Of a DNA stretch of 56,929 nt, positions 24,558 through 36,706 are shown piece by piece; position 1 is the stretch's first letter, and each line of letters opens with the position of its first letter. The position numbers and the translations under genes are program-made. Source of the DNA: Prorocentrum cordatum (taxonomy: Eukaryota); the NCBI GenBank assembly GCA_963575745.1, contig CAUYUJ010000053.1, positions 62,001 through 118,929 of the forward strand. The letters run 5' to 3'. The notes below the pieces were generated by a model. The model ran no database searches, was not told the origin of the DNA, and saw nothing but the letters and a program-made list of their open reading frames with translations.

Positions 24558-25291
24558 TATGTTCTCCAAATAGGGTTGTCCTATAGGAGTTCTGATTCAA
24601 ACCATACTAATTGGCCCGTTGCCCCCCTCCAATTTCTGTGCCGCCCCCCTCATTCCTATGGCTATGCTCATGCCTATGCCTATGCCTCCCCCTAACTCCT
24701 ATGCCTACGCCTATGCCTATGCCTGTTCCTATATACCACCTCTGAGCGCTCCTATGCCTATACTCAATAAACTTGCTTGCTTGCTTGCGCGCTTGCACGC
24801 TTGCTTGCTTGCTTGCTTGCTTGTGCGCTTGCGCGCATGTTTGCACGCTTGCTGAGTTGCGGATTCCAAGCATGCTCGATTCCTTTGATTCCTTGATTTG
24901 AGTCGTCTAATCTATTTGGAGTCAGCGCTAGCTGATCTTTGTTGTCGCCGACGTCTCCGTCGTTCCGGGGTGATGTTCGGGGCCATGCTTTCTGTTCGGT
25001 TTCTGGTGTGCCGCCGTGGTGTCGCCGTCTCTGGGGGCCTCTGGAGGCCTCGAGGAGACGTGTGGAGGTCGCTGTCTGCGTGCACTCCCCCGCGCGCGAG
25101 GAGGAGGAGAAGGAGGAGGAGGAGGAGGAGGAGGAGGAGAAGGAGGAGCAGGAGGAGGAAGACAAAAAGGAGGAGGAGAAGGAGGAGGAGGAGAAGGAGG
25201 AGGAGGAGGAGTGGGAGGAAGAGGAGGAGGAGGAGGAGGAGGAGGAGGAGGAGGAGGAGGAGGAGGAGGAGGAGGAGGAGGAGGAGGAGGG

Positions 25292-25552
25292 CTCATGCAC
25301 AGCATAATGGCCCTACCCAACAATTGCAGGTGCAACCACGGAAGAGTAGCACACCCAATGCTGCTGGGCAGGAACCAAGACGGCACTTGGAAGACTGCAG
25401 CCGCCAAGACATATCCGACCGACATGTGCTTCATCATCGCGGACGCACAGCACCAACCTGGGCTCACCACAACGAAGCAGAACTGGGACCTGCCAGAATA
25501 CTACCGCGACTTCCACACCCCGATGGCACAGACTGACCCAACTGGCACATAG
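25292..25552 (+). pseudogene. Coding fragment resembling the C-terminus of a retrotransposon-borne cytosine methyltransferase-like domain
   Basis: Translates as LMHSIMALPNNCRCNHGRVAHPMLLGRNQDGTWKTAAAKTYPTDMCFIIADA. The C..H...H..L.G...G...T..AK.YP..xC..IA pattern was recognised from memory, not searched. Confidence 0.5.
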
Positions 25553-25694
25553 CTCGGCATCCCTCCATACCATACGCCTCTTCTGAGACCCCAAGCACAA
25601 GCTTCTCGGCCGCCATCTCATGCGCGGGAAGGTACAAGGACGGGCGTCACACCAACATGCCACCCGACTGGTGACAACCAACGCAGCAGTTGTT

Positions 25695-25888
25695 TCGGGC
25701 CGGGCGAAAGGGGGGATTGGGAAAGGGGGGGTTACGAAATTTGCTGCATGCAGCTGGTTTCGGCCTCACCGAGGGGCCCATTCCTCGATACATGGCCGCT
25801 TCCGGCGCCGGGAGGCGCCGGGAAAATCAGTTACGTGAGCTGATTCTCAAACCCCCCCTTTGCTATCCCCCCCTTTCGCCCGATCCGA
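25695..25888 (+). mobile_element. Family E, copy 2
   Basis: TCGGG...TCCGA termini; perfect TSD TTGTT. Confidence 0.9.
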
Positions 25889-27614
25889 TTGTTGGGCGCC
25901 TAGCCTGGGAGAAGAGAAAGGGTGAGGGCCTGCGGCGAAGGGAGACCGCAGCCTCCACGACCTCCCCTCGTGCCCTCCACCTAACCACCGCCGCCACTTC
26001 CTGCCAGCCAGCAGCCAGCAACGCCTCCAGCCAAGGGGGCCACACCGTAGCCACCAGCATGCACGAGCACGACAACCATGCTTCTACCCCTCCTGTGTTT
26101 GCTGCCGACGGCAGGACACGGAGGCGGGACGGCCCCACGACGGCCAGACGGCCGCTTCAAAACCCACAGCCGACGATGAGACATGCGGCGGACCGTCTGG
26201 GCTACCAACTCATGGCACGCTTACGGCTCATTCCACACAATACGACGCTATCCCATAAAGGCCCCTACGCCAGGGCGGCAAGGGGACTCTGAACCAGTGA
26301 GGGCAAGAGCCTCTCCTGAGGCCCAAGCATACGGTTCTTGTGCAATGTCTGTTGCGAGGGACAAGCACAAGATTGGCGGAATTGGGCACTCTCACATCAT
26401 TAGACTAGTGTCTACCAGCGCAGCAGTTCCTGATCGCCTGACTCGAGAGGGGAGGCTGCCCATTTTCACAATGGGACATCGACGCCCACTTCACACATAC
26501 AGCGCGCTATGACCCATGCCGTCCACGCCTTCCTATGCCCGCTGCCGGCGTGAGGACATGGAGGGGGTGCGGCCACCAGCGCGTCGACCACCAATCCGCT
26601 TCAAAATCCGCTGCAGGCGGTGGAACATGTGGCGGATTGAGCGGACTGCAGCATGCACTAGCACATCCAAGCGCTCACAGCCACGCCTGTCCACCCCCTC
26701 CCATGTCTACTGCCGGCGTCAGGACATGAAGGGGGATCAGCTACACAGCAGACAGCCAGCCCACGCCCACCCCGATCAACAACATCTAGAACGACGAGCG
26801 GCAAGCGAGGAACAACCACACCAAGACCAACTCGCCCATGCACCCAGAATTCGATCAACAAAAACGTCGTCAAGGTCACCGACAAGAGTATGCGACGAGT
26901 GAGAGAAGGACAACCTACGGCGGAGACCAGGAGGACTGGGGCGCAGTAGCACGTCGAAGCATTGCGACACGTGGCAGCGAAACCTTGCCGGCATAAACAG
27001 CATCGGACACAATCATGTCCCTCATCATCCTTCCCCCCCGATCCCGCATCGCCGGTGACCCAATGACCCTGTGCTTTTTGCTGCAGTCTTGGCTCAAGGT
27101 ACCTCGCAGGGGCGGAAGCCATGCGACCATGCTGGGAGCTTACAGACCCTCACGTCCAAGGCCATCCCCCCATTAACTCGAGCTGCCACGGGGCGATACC
27201 TAAATCAGGTTCGTCCGCCCGCGCGAGTGGAGCTCGCCAGGCCGGCCGCGGGGGGAGTTGATTTAGTCATCCCCCCGGCCCACTTCTGACCCACAGTTTC
27301 GCCGCAGCTGTTGTGGGTTGGCTCAAGTGAAAAGTTTCGCGGCCCGCTCGCCCGGCGCGCGCGCCCTCCCTGGCGCTCTCCCCCGGCCGGCCCGCCCCTT
27401 CATATTCTGCTGTTCGCCCAAGCTTAGCGGACACACTACCATATTCATTTAGCCATGGCACGGAGGGGTCCATCACCTACTTTGAAGATGAACCTGAGTA
27501 AGAGCGTACTTCGGGAAGAAGACGAGGAGTTATACTTACGAGACGAACGTGATCTCATGTTACCGGTCAGCATGGTCAAAAAACACAAATCAACAATGAG
27601 TTGGCACATATATT

Positions 27615-28265
27615 AGGATGAGGAGGAGGCGGAGGAGGAGGAGGAGGATGAGGAGGAGGAGGAGGAGGCATGCAGGAGGAGGAGGAGGAGGAGGAGGAGG
27701 AGGAGGAGGCGGAGGTGGGAGGAGGAGTGGAGGAGGAGGAGGAGGAGGAGGAGGAGGAGCAGGGAGGGAGGAGGAGACGACCCAGAGCGCCGCGCCCAGT
27801 GCGCCCGCTTCCACCCCGAGATCAAGGAGCGGGACAGGGCGGCGCTGGTGGCGGCTGGGCTCCGCGAGCCCCCGCCGTCGCCGACGCCCCTGGCGCCCCA
27901 GCAGCTGGGGCAGCAGGGCGCCAGGAGCCGCGGCGCCGCCCCTCGGCGACTTCGAGAACCGACAGTGGGGTGGCGAGGGTCGAGGGGCATCGAGGATCGA
28001 GGAGGAGGATCGATGGTCGGCGGCCGGGGAGGAGGGTCGAGGATCGGGGATCGAGGGGGAGGAGGAGGAGGAGGCGGAGGAGGAGGAGGAGGCGGAGGAG
28101 GAGGAGGAGGAGGAGGAGGAGGAGGAAGAGGAGGAGGAGGAGGGCTCACGCACAGCATAATGGCCCTACCCAACACTTGCGCGAGGAGGACGAGGAGGAG
28201 GAGGAGGAGGAGGAGAAAGAGGATCGAGGAGGGGTGTCGAGGAGGAGGATGAGGATGAGAGGATG

Positions 28266-28361
<96 letters not shown>

Positions 28362-29290
28362 CGATGACGATGATGATGATGATGATGCTGATGATGATGA
28401 CGATGATGATGATGATAGTGATGATGATGATGTCGATGACGATGATGACAATGACGATGACGATGAACATGATGATGGTGATGATGTTGACGATGCTGAT
28501 TCGTATGATGATGGTGCGGGTGACGATTGTGTTGGTGATGATGATGACGCTGATGATGAAACGGATGATGTTGAGGATGATGGCGATGATGATGTTGTTG
28601 ATGATGTTGGTGATGCGATGGTAAAGGTGATGGTGATGTTGATCGTGACGGTGATGGTGATGCGGATGGTGATGATGCGGATGACGACGTTGATGATGCT
28701 GATAATGATGCTGATGCGGCTGCTGATGCTGATGCTGATGCTGATGCTGGCGATGATGACGATCATGGGTGTGCTGCTGATGATGATTATGTTGATGACG
28801 ATGCTGATGATGATGGTGGTGGTGATCATGATGCTGATGATGGTTACGCTGCTGGTGATGATGAGGATGATGATGGTGATGATGAAGATGCTGATATGAT
28901 GCGGAGGAAGAGGAGTAGAAGGGAGGAGGAGGAGGTAAAGGAGGAATAGGACCAGTGTAAATCCAAGAACCATCAACGACGTTGAAGCAAACCATCTTTC
29001 CAAGGTGTCGGGGCCAAGGGTGGCCTCGGGCGGTGGGTGTCTGTTCAACGGGAGGAGGAGGGAGGAGGAAAAGACAGAGGAGAAGGAGGAGGATGAGGAG
29101 GAGGAGGAGGAGGAGGGGGAGGAGAAGGAGTAGCATGAGGAGGAGGAGGAGGAGGAAGAGGAGGAGGAGGAGGAGGAGGAGGAGGAGGAGGAGGAGGGAC
29201 ATCGAGGATCGAGGAGGAAGGTCGGTGAGGATCGAGGATCAAGGAAGAGGATCGGTCCTCCTCGATCCTCGAGCCCCTCGACAGGGGGCC
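27615..29290. repeat. Compound microsatellite block: (GGA)n, GAGGATC repeats, ~630-bp (GAT)n
   Basis: Directly visible. Short unique inserts at 28142-28180 and 28940-29003. Confidence 0.9.
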
Positions 29291-32028
29291 CAGGCCTCCG
29301 TCGCGGCACCAGGGGGGGGGGAGATCTGCAGGAGTGCACGGGGTCTGCTCCGAGGTGATGGGCCGATTTTTTCACCACCAATGTCATAGGCAGGACGGCA
29401 GGGAAGGGAGGATGGGGAGGTCCTCTTCTTCCGCCTCCGTCCCCCTTCCTCCTCAGTCCTCCTCCAGCGCAGATCCAAGAAGTCCGCGCGGACCGTCAAA
29501 AGTTGGAGCTCATGCGGCTTTTCCTTCCTCTAGACACGTGTGCACGACGGCCTGGCGCATGTTGGAGTGCGCACGTGCCCGCAGAATGCGGCCATTCGGG
29601 CACCCGCCAGAATGACGCTGGGATCTGATCGCCTCCTGTCTCAAAGCCCAAGATGACATCCCCACCCGTGGCCACAGCGGTCTGGCCGAGCGGATGCCGC
29701 GACTGGGGGTATGATGGGCCTGTTTTCCACCACCACCAGAAATTGGAGGGGGGAAGGAGGTAGAGGATGAAGAGGAGGAAGAAGAAGGGGGAGGAGGAGG
29801 ACCCCCTCCCCCTCCTACTTATGGTGGTGGTGGTGGTGTTGGTGGTGGAAAACACGCCCACCAGGGGTGAACTTTGGGGAACGTCCCGCGCTCGAGCGCC
29901 TGCCCCAGAGGCCGCGGGAGTCGCACCCCCAACCCTTCCGATGCCCGTACCCCGACTGCCAGGGCTGCCCGCGGGTGCCGCCGTCTCCCTCCTCCTCCTC
30001 CTCCTCTTCCTCCTCCCCCTCATCTTTCTTCTCCTCCTCCTCCTCCTCCTCCTCCTCCTCCTCCTCCCCTCCTCCTCCCTCCCTCCCTCCTCCCTCCCTC
30101 CCTCCCTCCCTCCTCCCTCCCCTTCCCTCCCTCCCTCCCTCCCTCCCTCCTCCTCTTCCTTCTCCTCCTCTCCTCTCCTCCTCCTCCTCCTCCTCTCCTC
30201 CTCGTCCTCCTCCTCCTTGTCCTCCTCCTCCTCCTCCTCCCTCCCGCTTTCCCTCCCTCCCTCCCTCCCTCCTCCCTCCTTCCTCCTCCATCTTGGACAA
30301 TCAGAGTCTCAAAATTTGATATCGGGATCCGGTCGGAGGCGGTTGCGTACAGGGGGAAGGAATCTCAGATGACCGGAGAGTCCCAACGAGGTCGGCGACG
30401 ATGCTTCTTTGTCGTGGGTATGCTTTGCGGTCGCGCTTGCGATTGTGATTTCGAGGGAGATTGGGGGAGGATAAGAGGAGGAGGAGGCGGAAGAGGAGGA
30501 GGAAGCGGAGGACGAGGAGGAGGAGGAGGAGGACGAGTAGGAGGAGGAGGAGAAGGAGGAGGATAAAGAGCAAGATGGCGCTGCGCTGACTCAATGCAGC
30601 CATTGCGGCTGGATGCATTCGGTTGTGAAGATGCTCCAGGGCTCCCTTTGGCGCCTCCTGGATTCACTTTGGGCTGACTTTGAAGCCATCTTGGGCATAT
30701 TTGGGAGGCTCAGGAGAGTGCCATGGGGATGTCGTAGCGCCCAGGGAGCCTTGGGAAGGTGGACGTCGCGTGCAGTTGAACGCTCGTGGAGGGTTTTCAA
30801 TTTACTCCTTCTGGGATTCTTGACGGGAACACCCCGAGACCCCCCAGAGGCCTCAAGAGCGTATCAAAGGGCACCTAAGAGGCCTCCCAATACAGCCTAT
30901 GAGGTGTCCCAGGAAGACCCCAGGAGAGCTCCGAGGGGCTTCAAGATGCCCTTACGAGGGCTGGACAACGCCCGGAGAGACATTTCGGCCCCAGGAGCTC
31001 AAGACAGCCCCAACTGGCCCACGACAGCCCGACATGGCCATGTGTGCTTAGTTGTTTACATTTGTTCTCGTAGATCCCAGAGGACAGAATTGGAGCACTC
31101 TTCGTTTCGGTTTTCACTACTCGTGAGGTACGGTTGTGCAGGCTTCCACAAATTTGGCCACATGTGTGATCCCGCATGAAACATTTGTTTCCTTAAGATA
31201 ATATCGCATGCGCGTGCGAAGTACGCGTGGGGGTTCACAAGGTAGCCAGACTGGTAATTGATGAGTGTCCAGTGTTGCAAGGGTGAGGGATGACGAGTAC
31301 TCCGAAGTCATGTGAAGCCGAAAAGCTTCGGAAGCGCACAGCATTCGGAACCTCCTCCTCCTCCTCCTTGTTTGATTTCATGTGTGTGTTGCCTCCCTGG
31401 GCCTCGCCAGAGACCTTCCCGGGCGCCTTCCTGGGCGCCTCCCGGGGCGCCTCCTGGGGCATATTAGGCTCTCTGGGGCACCGCTAACCCCCCACAGTTG
31501 GTTAAGGAGTGTTCCTCCACGGCCAAAACGACGCAGAATTTAGCGAGAATTGATGCGTGCAAGTACCCCCACCCCTCGGGCCCACCGAAGGTGGTCCGAG
31601 AGGCAGAGAGCAGCAGATGTGCCAAATGAGGCAGGGACTTTCGCCGTCCTCTAGCCGAACATTCCCGAACATTCCTCCTTCCATTTGCTCGTGCAATGCT
31701 CTGTCTCTTCAGTTTCACAGTCGTGGGGCACTTCATTGTTCTGCTTCACAGTCGTGGTGCACTCCGTTCGGTGTGCGTCACTGTCGTGATGTGCTTCGCT
31801 TTTCGGCCTCGCGCTCCAGCAGCCTACGGGTAGGAGCTCTACCAGGAATTGGTCCCATGTCGACCCTCTTGCTACTGCCAACGTCTCTTACGGATGCACG
31901 GCTTCTCACGTGCCAGGCTGGGCCATCTTCAATCGCTCGGCTATTTTCCCCAAGCGCCGCGCCGAACGCTGGCGCATGGCCTCTGTACTGTACCGGGCAT
32001 CGCTGGGCTGCCTTGGGCTGGACTTCGG

Positions 32029-32213
32029 TCGGCTAGGCGTAAGAGTGACCTTTCGCCGGAGTGACCTTTGGTGCGGGCCCAATGGGGCCCCCCAATCGCC
32101 GAACGCGATACGATAGTGGCGTCTTGCGCGCCTGTGTTTGGTCCCCCCGCGGCCCCCAAAAAGCCGCGCACCAAAGGTCACTCTTACCAAGGGTCACTCC
32201 TGCGTGTAGCCGA
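32029..32213 (+). mobile_element. MITE family H, intact short copy
   Basis: TCGGCTAGGCGTAAGAGTGACC...GGTCACTCCTGCGTGTAGCCGA; perfect TSD TTCGG. Confidence 0.9.
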
Positions 32214-32437
32214 TTCGGGCAGCCTGCACCCGCACAGCCGATGGGCAGCAGTCTTGGGGCCGCCCTGCGGCCGTGCCGCCGCGCGGAGGCGCGGGGAAGG
32301 CCGTGGGGGCACCGCCCGCAGAGCAGCGCCCCCCAGGGAGAGGTCCGGCCGCTCCCACCCCGGCGGGCTGGGCCGTGCGAGGCCCGCAGCTTCAAGGATA
32401 GATCTGCACGAACGAGATGGGCACGAAAAGAATGGTA

Positions 32438-32578
32438 CAATGCCCAACAGCAGTTCCTGTTCATTTTGAACAGGACTCGCTGTCGGCGCGGCCGCGGCCT
32501 GTGTCCATTTGAGACAGAAGGCCGCCTGCCCAACAGCGGCCGCTGCTGGTTCGGGACAACATTTGTTGTTGGGCATTG
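32438..32578 (+). mobile_element. TA-flanked MITE family J
   Basis: TA|CAATGCCCAACA...TGTTGGGCATTG|TA, inserted in the centre of a host palindrome (GAATGG..CCCATTC). Confidence 0.85.
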
Positions 32579-32916
32579 TACCCATTCTTTCGGTACCCAT
32601 TTCGGGTGTCCAAAATAGAGGGCTGGTCCTTCTCAAAGTGTGGCTCCAGCTTTCGCGCCGCGCACGTTCACCCCCAAAGTTTGCAGCAGCTTCAAGGCTG
32701 GAGGGCGGGTCCTCTTCAGAGTGTGTTGCTCTCGCGTGAGCGCCGCGCGCACTCGTCGCAAAATGCTGCAAGCATTTTACGGATGGAGGGCGGTTTTGTG
32801 TGTGGCTTTCGCCTTAGCGCTGCACACATTCGTTTCAAAGTGTACAACTATTTCAAGGGGTCGCATTGCCCGAAATGAAACAGAAATTCTTGTAGGGGCA
32901 TGGGAATAGGTAACTT

Positions 32917-33085
32917 TCGGGGGTTCCTAGAAGTGCCCCTGGCCCAAGGTGCCCCCAGCTTTTCGCTCCATTTTGGAGCCCCTGGGGCCCTCTGAGCCTA
33001 GTGAGGGGTGCTCTGGAGGCCGCCGGGCCCCCCCCCGAGAATCCTGGGGGCACCTTGGGCCAGGGGCACTTCTAGCAACACCCGA
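32917..33085. mobile_element. MITE family I
   Basis: TIR TCGGGGGTTCCTAGAAGTGCCCCTGGCCCAAGGTG; perfect TSD AACTT. A solo right end is at ~43360-43392. Confidence 0.9.
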
Positions 33086-33180
33086 AACTTGGAGGGAGGA
33101 TTTGCTTCAACGTCATTGTTGCTACTGGGGTTTACACTGGTCCGACTCCTCCTTTTGATCCTCCTCTTCCTCCTCCTCCG

Positions 33181-33257
<77 letters not shown>

Positions 33258-33276
33258 ACATCAACATCAACATCAA

Positions 33277-33308
<32 letters not shown>

Positions 33309-33390
33309 CCATCACCATCACCATCACCATCATCATCATCATCAGCATCATCACCAGCATCATCATCATCAGCATCACCATCACTATCAC

Positions 33391-34185
33391 CACCCGGGCT
33401 CCGCCCAGGCCTCCGAGGAGAAACAAAAACGCAGACGGATATCTATTGATGTAGCCATCGTGTGGAAACAACCAACCAGGTGGTGCATCATGGCGGACTG
33501 CTGGGGTGACAACTCAACGGTGGTCGGCTGAATCAACAGGACGCTCCGGATCAATTCGCCGTACTACCGGGCCTTGGTCTCCACAGTGCAGACACGTCTC
33601 TGGGAACTGTGTAACAACTTCCCCCTCCGCACGGCCAGGCGCGGTGGTCTCTGGTTCCGTCACAACCTCCGGGAGGGCAATATCGTTGCCGACCTGAGGG
33701 CGACGAAGGCAATCCAAGACCGCCAAGATTCCACCTCGGATTTCAGTGCTGGCTTGCACGTCGACCCCACCAGACCCATGAAACTCCAGTGCAGCTTCGA
33801 CGGAGGCAAGCAAGGTCCTCTAGCAGGCTGTGGTTGGCATATGACGTGTCGGGACAATGCTTCCGGAGAGTTCCGCACCCTATGGCAAGCGTCAGTTTTC
33901 CTCCTTGGCGCCACCTCCACTGAAGCGGGGCTCCGAGCGGCCGCCTCGTTAGTCAAAGAATTGTCTCTCGCAGTTCGTCTTTCTAGATCCAGGATCGTAG
34001 CGCACGCAGCAGCGACCAGGTGACAACTATTGACATGACCACCCCACTCCAGGACAGCGCTGGGGTTGACGGTCTGGGAATCCTGGTGCCTCGCACATGC
34101 TAGCATGCCTCTCCCGTCTCATTGTTGCCATTCTCGACCTCGAGATACACCGGCGGAAATGCACAAACATCATCATCATCATCAT
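33391..34185 (+). mobile_element. 5'-truncated non-LTR retrotransposon 3' end: RNase H-like ORF remnant, 3' UTR, (CAT)6 tail
   Basis: One frame from 33391 to 34023 with one internal stop (TGA 33529-33531). Motifs GDNSTVVG*IN, FRHNLREGNIVADLRA, SFDGG..AGCGW, TSTEAGLRAA. (CAT)n lies on both sides. Confidence 0.75.
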
Positions 34186-35009
34186 TAACATCTTTATCGT
34201 AGTCCTCCACCTCCCCCTCCTCCTACATCCTCTTCCCTCGCTCGTCCTCAGGAGGTCTCCTCTCTGCCCCCAGGTTCCCTGACCAGTCCCTGAAAGTAGG
34301 ATAAAGGCCATCGAAGAAGTTTCTGAGCCCCAAAAACAACTTCTCGGAAGGCGCGCGGGCTTCTGAGAAGTCCCGCCCCCATCTGAGAAGGCCTTCTCCT
34401 TCTCACTTCCCCCCCTTCGCTCGCCGCCGAAGCCGGCTTCGGAAAACCCTGAACTTCAACTCGCCCTTCGGAGGAGGGAGATGCGACGCCAACACCACCA
34501 GGGGGCCCACCTCCATCGAGGAGGTCCACGATGCCTCCCCGAGCTGGAGGCTGGGGACGTCTCGAGCGAGAGGGGGGGACCACACCACCATGGAGGCCTC
34601 CCTTGCTCTTCGCATATCCTCGCCCTGTTGGTGTTGGAGTCGCCTTTCCTTTGTTCCTGGGAAGAGGGAAGAGGGACGAGGCAGGTTGCGCGAACCATGC
34701 CGCAGGGCATGGGGGGAGAGGAGGTTCCCACGAAGCCCGAGGGGCGCCCGTAGATCGTGTGTGTCCCTCTTCTCTTCCCTCCTCTTCCTGCTCCTCCTCC
34801 TCTTCGCCCTCTCGCCTCCCCCCCGCTCCTCAATCCTCGCCCTGTTGGTGTTGGTGTCGCCTTCCCTTGTTCCCAGCCCCCTCCCCGTTGGCGGGGCCCG
34901 TGCGCGTGCCAGCCGCTGGCGGCAGGAGCGGCGGGCACCACGACCCGTTCGTGCCGGAGCCCAGGGCGGCCTCGGGGCGGCGGGTGTCTCTCTTCAGCGG
35001 GAGGGGGAG

Positions 35010-35156
35010 GGAAGAGGATGATGATGATGAGGAGGAGGAGGAGGAGGAGGAGGAGGAGGAGGAGGAGGAGGAGGAGGGGAGGAGGAGGAGGAGGAGGAGG
35101 AAGGCAGGAGGAGAGGAGCAGGAGGAGGAGGAGGAGGGAGGAGGAGGAGGGGAGGT

Positions 35157-35194
<38 letters not shown>

Positions 35195-35625
35195 GAAGGG
35201 ACAGGAGGAGGAGGAGGAGGAGGAGGAGGAGGAGGAGGAGGGGAGGAGAGGGAGGAGGAGGAGGAGGAGGGAGGAGGGGGAGGAGGAGGAGGAGGAGGGA
35301 AGAGGAAGAGGCAGGAGGAGGAGCAGGAGGAGGAGGAGGAGGAGGAGGAGGAGGAGGAGGAGGAGGAGGAGGAGGGAGGAGGCAGGAGGAGGAGGAGGAG
35401 GAGGAGGTAGAGAGAGAGAGGGAGAGAGAGAGAGAGAGGAAGGACAGGAGGGAGGTGGAGGAGAGGAGGAGGAGGAGGAGGAGGGAGGAGGAGGAGGAGG
35501 AGGAGGAGGAGGAGGAGGAGGAGGGAGGAGGAGGAGGGAGGAGGGAAGGGGGAGGCGGAGGACGAAGGGGAGGAGAAGGGATGAGGAGGGCGAGGGGGGT
35601 AGGAGGAGAAGGAAAAGGAGGAGGA
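35010..35625. repeat. (GGA)n/(GA)n purine tract
   Basis: Directly visible. Confidence 0.95.
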
Positions 35626-36576
35626 CCCGAGTAAACAGAAGATGCGTCAGCGATGCTGCAATGCACCCTCCCGTCGCAGATCCCCGCGTCATAAGTCCCT
35701 GCAGGCCTTACCCCCTTTCAGAAGCACCCCCTTGAGCGACCAGCACCCCTAGGGGCCTGCTTCTGTTTTTGGCGGGGGGCCCACTTCGTCAAGGAACTGG
35801 CTGCTCTGTATCCCACGTGGGCGGACGATCTTCAATGTTTTCTTGAGGCCGCTGGGCTTGAGGAGTCGTGGCTGGATTGCCCTGGAGACTGGGACGAGCT
35901 GGAGGAGAGCTTCCCCGCGCGGTGCACCGAGATCGCGTGCGGGCTTCGGCCCGTCCAAAACTCGGCCTGCAGGGGGACAGGCCCAGCTTGAGGCCGGACG
36001 TTGTGCGCGCGTGCGTGTTCGTGTTCTGGCGAGCAATGAGAAACGAGCGACGGTAGAGTCGTGCAGTTCGGCGAGGGGTCGAGCGAGACCCCCGCTCTTC
36101 AGCGGGCCTGCCCAGATTCGTGCAGCTCGTTGCACGGGCCTTCAAGGTCTGGCCACGGGGCGTCGACGAAGCCTCGGAGGCGCAAAAGAGCCGTTCTGAG
36201 CAGGAGCCGCCTTCCTTCCGTGCAGGTGCGCGCTGTGCTCAAGCTTCTGATCTCGGGGCTCGAAAAGAAGGGTTCAGGCGACCGCCCATTTCTGTCAAGG
36301 AGCCGCGCTGGGTCCGTGCAGCCCGTGCACGTCCCCAATCTCTATCTCCCAGTAGCTGGCGCGGGAGCGGTCACCAGCGAACGCCAGCTGTCTGGAGCAG
36401 GAGCTGCCAGTCATCCCCGACGAGGGCGCGCGGCACGCCGAGTTCCGCGAGCCCCAGCTTGACGAGGAACTGCCCTGCTCCGCCTGTCGAGAGGCACGTG
36501 CGCGGCGCGGGGGCGAGAGCCGCGGCCTGAGACAAGAGCGGGCCTCCGTCCTCGAAGGCGGTTCTTGAACAGTTGC

Positions 36577-36706
36577 TTGGCATCGCTCGGACGTGTGCGT
36601 TTTTCCTTCGGCGAGGACCATCGAGGAGCATCCCTAATCATTTGGCGAAAACACCACGCACGAAACCGGAAAAAAAACAGGGAATGGACGTCCGAGCGAT
36701 GGCAGG
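36577..36706 (+). mobile_element. Family D, copy 3
   Basis: TIRs present; TSD GTTGC. Confidence 0.88.

Noticed and set aside
27613..29387. Long ORFs of 409-529 aa
   Set aside because: They are translations of GGA and GAT microsatellites, open in several frames on both strands.
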